The notes under the pieces are model-generated. The model was not told where the DNA came from and ran no database searches. It was given only the letters and a program-made list of their open reading frames with translations. A stretch of DNA of 35,705 bases from assembly GCA_965662845.1 (NCBI GenBank), contig CBFIJD010000032.1:1-35705 (forward strand), given 5' to 3'. Below, one piece after another: positions 1-6,486 of this stretch (the first letter of the stretch is position 1; every line of letters starts with the position of its first letter). Made by a program: the position numbers and the translations under genes. Origin of the DNA: an uncultured bacterium (lineage in GTDB: Bacteria; SAR324; NAC60-12).

Positions 1-2115
1 GACTTTGCCCTGCTGACAGAAGAAGAGGTCTTTGGCGAGAAGAGCAAACGTCGTCGGTTAACGCGCGCTCAGGTTCAAACGCTGGGGAACTCGCTCGAAG
101 ACCTCAAAGAGGGCGACCCTGTTGTGCACTTGGACTATGGCATTGGCAGGTATGTCGGCCTGAAAAAAATCCCTGTCGGAGATTCCGACTCAGATTTCAT
201 GGTGTTGGAGTACGCGCGGAACGAGAAAGTCTACGTCCCCGTGCAGAAATTCCACTTGGTGCAAAAATACGTCAACGCTGACGGTACCTCGCCTAAGCTG
301 AACAAACTGGGCGATAAGGCGTGGACCAAAACGCGCAGCAAAGTTGCCAAGTCGGTAGAGGACATCGCCGGAGAGTTGACCGAGATTTATGCCGCGCGTC
401 GAGCCCGCAAAGGGTTCTCATTTCCAGCAGATGACCACGAGATGCAGGAGTTTGAGCTGCGCTTTCCCTATGAGGAGACCCCGGACCAACTGCAGGTGAT
501 TGAGGCGGTGAAGGCCGACATGGAAGCAGAGACGCCCATGGATCGGTTGGTGTGTGGGGACGTTGGTTTTGGAAAAACAGAGATCGCGATGCGCGCCGCT
601 TTCAAGTGTGCCAACGCCGGCAAGCAGGTCGCCGTGCTGGTGCCGACAACGATTTTGGCGCAACAACACTTCGTCTCATTCAAGAAGCGCTTTGACGGCA
701 CTCCGTTCAATATCGAAATGCTGAGCCGCTTCCGTACCGCGACCGAACAGAGAGACGTCCTCAAAAACCTGAGAGACGGCAAAGTCGATATCCTCATTGG
801 CACGCACCGGTTGCTGTCGCAGGACGTCAAATTTCCACAGTTGGGGTTGCTAGTCGTTGATGAGGAGCAGCGTTTTGGGGTCAAACACAAAGAGAAGATC
901 AAAGCGTTCCGGGCAGAAGTGGACGTGCTGACGCTGTCTGCCACGCCGATTCCGCGCACGCTCTACATGTCGATGACAGGCATTCGTGACTTGAGCATCA
1001 TCAACACGCCGCCGGCAGACCGAATGGCGATCCGAACGCGCTTGTTGAAGTCGAATGACTACATCATCCAGGAAGCGGTGAGCCGCGAGATTCGTCGCGG
1101 TGGACAGATCTATGTTGTCCACAACCGAGTAGAGTCGATCTTTCAGTATGGGAATTATTTGAAAGAGATTTTGCCGAACGTGCGCATTGGGGTTGGCCAT
1201 GGACAGATGAGCGAGAACCAGCTGGAGCAGCTGATGATGGACTTCATGGAGGGGCAATATGACGTGCTGGTGGCCACGACAATTATTGAGTCTGGGCTCG
1301 ATATTCCTCGGGCCAACACCATCATCATCAACCACGCGGATCAGTTTGGGCTCTCTCAACTCTATCAGCTGCGTGGGCGGGTTGGGCGCAGCAATGTTCA
1401 GGCGTATGCCTATCTGTTGGTCCCTCCCGAGAAAATTTTGTCGAATGTGGCGCAAGAGCGCCTGAAGGTGTTGCAGGAACTCAATGATTTAGGCGCGGGT
1501 TTCAAGGTGGCGTCGCGTGACCTTGAGCTGCGTGGCGCTGGAAACCTGCTTGGCTCTGAGCAGTCGGGACACATTGCGAGCGTAGGGCTGGAGCTGTACA
1601 CGCAGATGGTCGAGCGAGCGGTGCGCAAACTAGAGGCACAAGAGCTGGTCGCCCTAGACGACATGAAGGTGCAACTCAGTTTTCTGGAAGAGAAAATCCC
1701 CGAAGAATACATCAAGAGCACGAGTCAGCGATTGTCTCTCTATAAGCAGCTGTCGTCGGTGGAGGATGAAGAACGACTTTGGGAGCTACGGAGCGCAATC
1801 GAAAATCGCTTTGGCTCGCCTCCAGAGGCCGTTCTCAATCTCTTCAAAGAGGCGCAGGTGCGTTGTTGGGGACAGAAGTTTGGCGTGCCTGTGATTGAAC
1901 ACAAGGGGCAAAAGCTCAGAATTCAGTTGTTGCCCGATACGCAGTTGCAGCATGAGAACTTGATCTCGTGGCTCAGTGAGGCCAACACGCCGCTGCGTTT
2001 TCAGCCAGAGACTACTTTGGAATTGACGCAAGTTCCGCCCTCGTTAGATGCGATTTTAGCGGGGTTGCAGCAGTTCCAGCAGCGGTTGTTCCTTGGAAAT
2101 TCCGCACATGCGTAA
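1..2115 (+). CDS. mfd: Transcription-repair coupling factor Mfd, 5'-truncated by the window edge
   Basis: Frame is open from base 1. Contains the RID/CarD-like segment (VVHLDYGIGRYVG), RecG-like helicase motifs (CGDVGFGKT, VVDEEQRFG, TLSATPIPRTL, QLRGRVGRS), the TRG motif (RDLELRGAGNLLG) and the C-terminal TRCF domain. Confidence 0.97.
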   Translation, partial: DFALLTEEEVFGEKSKRRRLTRAQVQTLGNSLEDLKEGDPVVHLDYGIGRYVGLKKIPVGDSDSDFMVLEYARNEKVYVPVQKFHLVQKYVNADGTSPKLNKLGDKAWTKTRSKVAKSVEDIAGELTEIYAARRARKGFSFPADDHEMQEFELRFPYEETPDQLQVIEAVKADMEAETPMDRLVCGDVGFGKTEIAMRAAFKCANAGKQVAVLVPTTILAQQHFVSFKKRFDGTPFNIEMLSRFRTATEQRDVLKNLRDGKVDILIGTHRLLSQDVKFPQLGLLVVDEEQRFGVKHKEKIKAFRAEVDVLTLSATPIPRTLYMSMTGIRDLSIINTPPADRMAIRTRLLKSNDYIIQEAVSREIRRGGQIYVVHNRVESIFQYGNYLKEILPNVRIGVGHGQMSENQLEQLMMDFMEGQYDVLVATTIIESGLDIPRANTIIINHADQFGLSQLYQLRGRVGRSNVQAYAYLLVPPEKILSNVAQERLKVLQELNDLGAGFKVASRDLELRGAGNLLGSEQSGHIASVGLELYTQMVERAVRKLEAQELVALDDMKVQLSFLEEKIPEEYIKSTSQRLSLYKQLSSVEDEERLWELRSAIENRFGSPPEAVLNLFKEAQVRCWGQKFGVPVIEHKGQKLRIQLLPDTQLQHENLISWLSEANTPLRFQPETTLELTQVPPSLDAILAGLQQFQQRLFLGNSAHA

Positions 2116-2821
2116 TCGTTGGATACAAGCGTTGCGTCCTGCGCCGAGCCAGGTGGCGGCTAGCCGTCTCTCGGACGCGGCCATTGGAGTGAGGGAGCGC
2201 GTGCAACAGACGCTACCGGCGGTAGTGGAGGTGCTAGATGCGGTCGCTCTGCTCCCTCTAGAAGCCCCTTGGTTAGAGACAGGGAATGGGCTGCGGTTTG
2301 TGAACATTCTTAAAGTCTTGGAAGGGCGCTATTTGCACGCATGGGCCCGGGCACAATCGGATAAGGTAGACCTGTTGGAACGAGAGATCTTGCTCTGGTT
2401 TCGTGCAGAGCAACGCAGCGCGAGCAGCCTGTTTCGGGAGTATTGTCGTTGGCATCAGCGCTGGTGGTGCGCGCATCCTGAAGGCTGGGGTGCTTATGTG
2501 CTCTCGGAGCTCAGCGCGCACCCGATGATGGCGGCTCAGCACGCGAGCGCGGAGCCCCTAGAAGAGGAGTGGGAGCTGTTGCTCACCGAGTGGTTTCGAG
2601 TGGCTCGCCCTTTGGTCTGCTGTGATCTCTTCCAAATAGTGAGTGACTTTTACGCTTTTCACTCCGTGTTCACGCAAACAGAGGTCTTTCTCCCCGCTCT
2701 TTCCCCCCCTCGTCCTTGCCCAGACCACGTTTTGCAGGTTTTGCAAGCCCTTGAAACCGGAGACTACCCTTTAGCTGCCCGCGCGTATGCGGAATATCTG
2801 ACCTCTTCTGTAAGCACGTGA
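2108..2821 (+). CDS. Hypothetical protein (~237 aa), probably translationally coupled to mfd
   Basis: ATG at 2108 overlaps the mfd stop (2113-2115). The ORF fills the gap up to the AT-rich intergenic region. No recognised motif. Confidence 0.7.
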   Translation: MRNRWIQALRPAPSQVAASRLSDAAIGVRERVQQTLPAVVEVLDAVALLPLEAPWLETGNGLRFVNILKVLEGRYLHAWARAQSDKVDLLEREILLWFRAEQRSASSLFREYCRWHQRWWCAHPEGWGAYVLSELSAHPMMAAQHASAEPLEEEWELLLTEWFRVARPLVCCDLFQIVSDFYAFHSVFTQTEVFLPALSPPRPCPDHVLQVLQALETGDYPLAARAYAEYLTSSVST

Positions 2822-2906
2822 GAAAATAAAATTTTTCTCTTGTCTTTCTCTCATGAATCTTGTTTCCTCTTTTTGTTCGACTTCCCCATGTTTTGTTTTT
2901 CTCACG
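2817..2906. repeat. Imperfect inverted repeat, candidate upstream activator (bEBP) site
   Basis: CGTGAGAAAATAAAA (2817-2831) versus TTTTGTTTTTCTCACG (2891-2906). The 10-bp core CGTGAGAAAA/TTTTCTCACG is perfect and lies about 100-185 bp upstream of the predicted sigma54 start. Confidence 0.4.
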
Positions 2907-2935
2907 AAAATAAGAAGACGCTTCTTGTTCACTCG

Positions 2936-2948
2936 TAAATCACTGTTA
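2936..2948. promoter_or_regulatory. IHF-like binding site
   Basis: TAAATCACTGTTA reads TAACAG-TGAT-TTA on the minus strand, one mismatch to WATCAR-N4-TTR. It sits in an AT-rich tract about 30 bp upstream of a -24/-12 promoter. Confidence 0.45.
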
Positions 2949-2976
2949 TTTAAAGGGAATTCTTAATTTTTTCGGC

Positions 2977-2992
2977 TGGCAGATGCTTTGCA
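2977..2992 (+). promoter_or_regulatory. Sigma54 (RpoN) -24/-12 promoter
   Basis: TGGCAGATGCTTTGCA has exact GG-N10-GC spacing and nearly matches TGGCAC-N5-TTGCW. It is intergenic and about 100 bp upstream of the ORF at 3092. Confidence 0.75.
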
Positions 2993-3091
2993 GCTTGACA
3001 AGTGAGTAATTGAATATGCGCAGGTCTATCAGAGAGATTCTCTACCTCGCCACCTCGCTCAGCAATGTCAAACTGCTAATGGAGAAGCATC
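2982..3091 (+). promoter_or_regulatory. Long imperfect leader hairpin covering the RBS of ORF 3092
   Basis: Nested helices: GATGCTTT/GAAGCATC, GCAG/CTGC, TTGACA/TGTCAA, AGTGAG/CTCGCT, GCG/CGC, AGGT/ACCT, AGAGA/TCTCT. It ends on the base before the ATG. Confidence 0.45.
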
Positions 3092-3328
3092 ATGAGTAAC
3101 TTCAATGAAGAAACAATGGATTTTGAAGAGAGTCTTCTGGAAGAACAGCTGAAGAAAGAAGCGCAACGGCAAGAGGTTCAGGATGCGATCCAACGCTTTC
3201 TTGCGAAGGGCAAGCAGATCCAAATTCTGCCACCACAGAAGGTGAACAATCGCACGGTCATCGGTGGCGATCAGTGGGAGAACTACGAAAGCATCAACGA
3301 AGTTCTCAGCAGTGGTGTCAGTAATTAG
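3092..3328 (+). CDS. Small acidic protein with a SutA-like RNA-polymerase-binding helix (78 aa)
   Basis: GGAG RBS and ATG. Acidic N-terminus (EETMDFEESLLEEQ). KEAQRQEVQDAIQRFLAKGKQIQILPP aligns without gaps to the Pseudomonas SutA core as recalled (KQKERDALAKAMEEFLSRGGKVQEIEP). Confidence 0.7.
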   Translation: MSNFNEETMDFEESLLEEQLKKEAQRQEVQDAIQRFLAKGKQIQILPPQKVNNRTVIGGDQWENYESINEVLSSGVSN

Positions 3329-3554
3329 GGGGGAGTTGAAAAGACAGAGCCGATTCTTGGGGAATTCTAAGATTTTTGTGCACTGCACAAAAATTCTTGA
3401 TTTCCCGAGAAAGCTCGTGATATATCTATCATCACGTGGAGAGAAGGAAGTAGTTTTCTCCACGTTCCGTCGAGTTAGACAGATGAACTTACTAAGGAAC
3501 ATCGAACTGAATAGCCATTCTGTAGGGAAATTCTGGTTTTCAACTCCTCCCTAA
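3325..3554 (+). ncRNA. Candidate structured non-coding element (~230 nt): ncRNA or 3' UTR structure, alternatively a MITE
   Basis: 18-bp terminal stem 3325-3342/3537-3554 (one G-U pair). Long internal hairpin 3354-3411, 12-bp hairpin 3434-3465, weaker hairpin about 3464-3500. Wobble positions read as G-U on the + strand. Confidence 0.55.
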
Positions 3555-3629
3555 AAAAAAGTTGAAAGTTTCATGTGCCAGGAAAATCCATAACGACATT
3601 TGTCGGTAAGATGTCTGCGGGACGGCTAT

Positions 3630-4091
3630 TCAACTCGAACGCTCCTCCTTACTCTGAAGCAAAAGCACTCCTTTCTCCCTCACTGCCATCATCTCTTTGA
3701 CCCAAGCTCTCAGCCTCTCTAACTGCTCATCAGCAACGCCAAACTGCTCACCGATTCCGCAAATGAACGCCGTCTGTTTCTCATCGTCGTGCGTCTTGTT
3801 CGCATAACTCACGAAGTTTAATTCCAAGAGACAGATGTTTCTTTCCTCAGAGGTCTCAAAGTAGCTTAGTAACTCTGGAATCGACATTTCGGGAACGTGG
3901 CGGGCTCCCTCTTCAAGGCTTTTCAGCAGCTCCATTTCGTCTTCGTAAACAGAAATGCGCATCTCGCTCCCCATCCGGGTGAGGGTCTCCATCTCGGCCT
4001 GATCGATCATGTCATCGTCTGCCTTGGCCATTTGTTTGGCGAGCGCAATGAAAGCGATTTTTTGGGGGCGGTTGAGTTTGTGTAAAAACAT
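3630..4091 (-). CDS. TerB-like (tellurite-resistance B fold) protein
   Basis: Pattern ALAKQMAKADDDMIDQAEMETL ... FVSYANKTHDDEKQTAFICGIGEQFGV ... LRAWV fits the two A-D-x-x-x-x-x-E helical hairpins of TerB-like domains. Confidence 0.65.
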   Translation of the reverse strand: MFLHKLNRPQKIAFIALAKQMAKADDDMIDQAEMETLTRMGSEMRISVYEDEMELLKSLEEGARHVPEMSIPELLSYFETSEERNICLLELNFVSYANKTHDDEKQTAFICGIGEQFGVADEQLERLRAWVKEMMAVREKGVLLLQSKEERSS

Positions 4092-4200
4092 AGGATGCTG
4101 CTAGAGAGGGTGCAGTCGCTAAACGGCGACGATCAATGGTGAACAGGAATGTGCGGTGTGGAGACGTTCATGCTGCGGTTGCGAACAAGTGATGAGCGTA

Positions 4201-4237
4201 GAGAGCGCGCAGGATTGAGGAGGGCCTCCGCGCTCTT
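4201..4237. other. GC-rich hairpin between the two TerB-like genes
   Basis: GAGAGCGCG (4201-4209) pairs with CGCGCTCTT (4229-4237), with an inner GAGG/CCTC helix. Possible terminator or mRNA stabiliser. Confidence 0.35.
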
Positions 4238-4260
4238 TGGAGACCATCGCAGAGGGCCGG

Positions 4261-4722
4261 CTAATAGTATTGTGGACGCATTTCTCCTGCTGCTTTGATC
4301 AATTGATTACGCTGCTTGTTCATTTTCATCATGTCAGAGGCCCACTGCAAAACGACTTTGGCATAGTCCGGGGGAAGCCCCATTTTCCCCGCAATTTGTT
4401 TGAACAAATCAGCCTCCGCCCGACTCACCTTTCCTGTGATAGTGATCACGGTGGCAAGATAAAAGTAAATGATCGCGGCGCGATCCATGCGCTCATCCAA
4501 ACGCCCTAGGTCGATCTGCGACTTAGTCTTCACTGCTTGGACTAAGGCAACGACTTCCTGCTCGTCATCCAGAAAACTAATCGCTTCCCGCAAAAACATC
4601 AGTTCCGAGTTGTCCACCTGTCCATCTCCTAAAATCATTGCGCCGATCGCCTTAGCCAGCCAACTGCGGCTCTCAGGGGATAAACTACTGACAAATTCAT
4701 TTTCAAGGGTCACTTCAAACAT
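4261..4722 (-). CDS. TerB family protein
   Basis: AIGAMILGDGQVDNSELMFL and LATVITITGKVSRAEADLFKQIAGKMGL are the duplicated DG-x-V-x-x-x-E motif of TerB-like proteins. Confidence 0.75.
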   Translation of the reverse strand: MFEVTLENEFVSSLSPESRSWLAKAIGAMILGDGQVDNSELMFLREAISFLDDEQEVVALVQAVKTKSQIDLGRLDERMDRAAIIYFYLATVITITGKVSRAEADLFKQIAGKMGLPPDYAKVVLQWASDMMKMNKQRNQLIKAAGEMRPQYY

Positions 4723-4824
4723 AAGTACTCTCGCGTCAAAGAAAGATTCGGCGTTGTTGTGATTGAGGCGGCTGGGTCTCTGGAGCAGAGAACACGCTGC
4801 ACATCCTGCCTATTTTGCAGTCGA

Positions 4825-6480
4825 TCACAGTTCTATCGTGATGCGATACAAAATTCCTTCCTGACTCTTTCGATTGCTTTCCACTAAGCGTTTTTCCACA
4901 AAAATGGGGAGCGATTGGAGCTGTGTTTTGACTCTTTGCAGGTTCTCGTAACTGTCAATCGCGCCGTTCATCGAGAAGCGATCCTCAGAAACTTCGACGC
5001 GGTCAATGCGGAACTCAGTCGAATTGTCCGTAAGTTCACTCATTTGTTGCAGCAGCCGTAAATGGGTGTAAGTCCGCGACGCGAATTCCTTGCTCAACTC
5101 CACTTCCTGCTGCCTTTGCTGAATCATATTTTGTAAGCGTGTCGCCACTTGATCGGGGTCGTCTGCGTTCTCGCCCGGCAGCAATTGCTGCGCCCGATCG
5201 GCTAGGCGGACATCTAACTGCTGGATTTGCGTCTCTACTGCGTCGAGTCGCAGCATTTGATTCACGGCAAACAGCCCGCTTGAGAGCGTGAGCAAGAGCA
5301 CACTCGCCACGAGACTCCAGCGATGACCTTTGAGGAAACGCTGCAAGGGAGTGCCCTGCGAATACAAACTGAGGCGATGACGTTCTAAGGTGTTGCGAAA
5401 CGTCCGGGGGGTCTCCCCCAAAATTCCCCAGCGCTCGCGCCCCTCCAAGGCCAAGGCGGCTTCCTGATAGCGCACCTCCACGAGCTCATGACCTCGCGCC
5501 CTTCCTGAGTCTGGAGAGTCCGCGTCCTCTGCCAACGGGGGCGTGACGCTCGCGGTGTGTTCTTCCAGGGCAAACACAGACTTGACCGGCAGAGGGCTGA
5601 GCTGAAAGCGCCACCCGTCCCATTCTAAGAGCGGCCCAAGAATTCCGTGCACCGCAATAGCGATGTCCTTGTGGTGCTGTTGCGTGCGAAAAAACAGCGT
5701 GATTTGGGAGCAGAGCCAGCGGAGTTCGGCTTCGATCTCTGCGAACTCGGCGGGGCTGTCTTCTGCGCGAGGAGTCAGCGCAAAATTGCGCAGAAAGGTC
5801 CCCAACTCCACGGAGTAGCGCTGTTTCCATGTCGCGATCAACTCAGCAATGCGGTTGGGAAACACCTTCACCATTTGCAGTTGGCCTTGCTCTAAGATGT
5901 TCACGAAGCATTCATCGGCTCCTACATACAGCTGGAAGGTGTGCCCCTGTTGCGCTTCTCGAGAGAGAAACGACGCCAAAAACGTCGCGGTGCAGTGGAA
6001 GCCTTGCAGGTTCAACTCTAGGTGCTCACAGGCTTCTTGGAGCTCTCGCCAGCGCTCTTGGCGCATCAGCATCACCAGCGCCTGCGCCGTACCGTCGGAT
6101 TTGGCGTCTACCGTGTGCGCGTAGTGATATTCGTCTAGTGAGCCGAGGACTTCATTGCCCAACTCAAAGGGCAACACCTGCTCAATCTTGCGGGGATCTT
6201 GAAAGGGAAAGGAGATTTTTCGAAAGCTGATCTCGGCTGCCGGAACCAAAAACAAGACGTTGGGTTCGCGGAGGCGCTGCTCTTGGAGGTAGGTTTGGAG
6301 TCGTCCCCGAAACGTTTGCGACTCAGGGAGCAGCTGGTCGTCTCCTTCTGCCATCGCAACAGGGGGAACCCAGCGCGTGGGCAGCGACTGCGTGACTTGC
6401 AGCTCAGGGCCCCGTTTGTTCAGCAAGACGCCTTCTTGGCAGATCGGATGAGCGGAGAGAAAATACGTGCGGCGTTCCAT
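4825..6480 (-). CDS. Type II secretion GspL-like (PilM/PilN-type) inner-membrane protein
   Basis: Cytoplasmic actin-like segment (LVPAAEISFRKISFPFQDPRKIEQVLPFEL), one TM helix (WSLVASVLLLTLSSGLFAV), a coiled coil, and a PilN/GspL-like periplasmic domain (RFSMNGAIDSYENLQRVKTQL). ATG at 6480; alternative GTG at 6486. Confidence 0.7.
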   Translation of the reverse strand: MERRTYFLSAHPICQEGVLLNKRGPELQVTQSLPTRWVPPVAMAEGDDQLLPESQTFRGRLQTYLQEQRLREPNVLFLVPAAEISFRKISFPFQDPRKIEQVLPFELGNEVLGSLDEYHYAHTVDAKSDGTAQALVMLMRQERWRELQEACEHLELNLQGFHCTATFLASFLSREAQQGHTFQLYVGADECFVNILEQGQLQMVKVFPNRIAELIATWKQRYSVELGTFLRNFALTPRAEDSPAEFAEIEAELRWLCSQITLFFRTQQHHKDIAIAVHGILGPLLEWDGWRFQLSPLPVKSVFALEEHTASVTPPLAEDADSPDSGRARGHELVEVRYQEAALALEGRERWGILGETPRTFRNTLERHRLSLYSQGTPLQRFLKGHRWSLVASVLLLTLSSGLFAVNQMLRLDAVETQIQQLDVRLADRAQQLLPGENADDPDQVATRLQNMIQQRQQEVELSKEFASRTYTHLRLLQQMSELTDNSTEFRIDRVEVSEDRFSMNGAIDSYENLQRVKTQLQSLPIFVEKRLVESNRKSQEGILYRITIEL

Positions 6481-6486
6481 GCTCAC

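Noticed and set aside
2995..3025. Perfect TTGACA as a sigma70 -35 element
   Set aside because: No acceptable -10 hexamer lies 16-18 bp downstream. The word is better explained as a hairpin arm pairing with TGTCAA (3066-3071).
3325..3554. Retron msr-msd (terminal inverted repeats enclosing a long hairpin)
   Set aside because: The shape is reminiscent, but no reverse transcriptase (YADD-type motif) is encoded nearby or anywhere in the window.
3325..3554. 6S RNA, tmRNA, RNase P RNA, SRP RNA or tRNA
   Set aside because: It is multibranched rather than a single rod with a central bubble. There is no T-arm/CCA end, no RNase P P4 consensus and no SRP motif that I could identify.
3068..3554. ORFs 3068-3502 (-) and 3264-3554 (+)
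   Set aside because: They overlap the better-supported 78-aa gene and the palindromic element, lack a convincing RBS and have no protein-like motifs.
3630..4722. Tellurite-resistance (ter) operon or defence island
   Set aside because: No terA/C/D/Z or recognisable defence genes are present, and the flanks are housekeeping genes.
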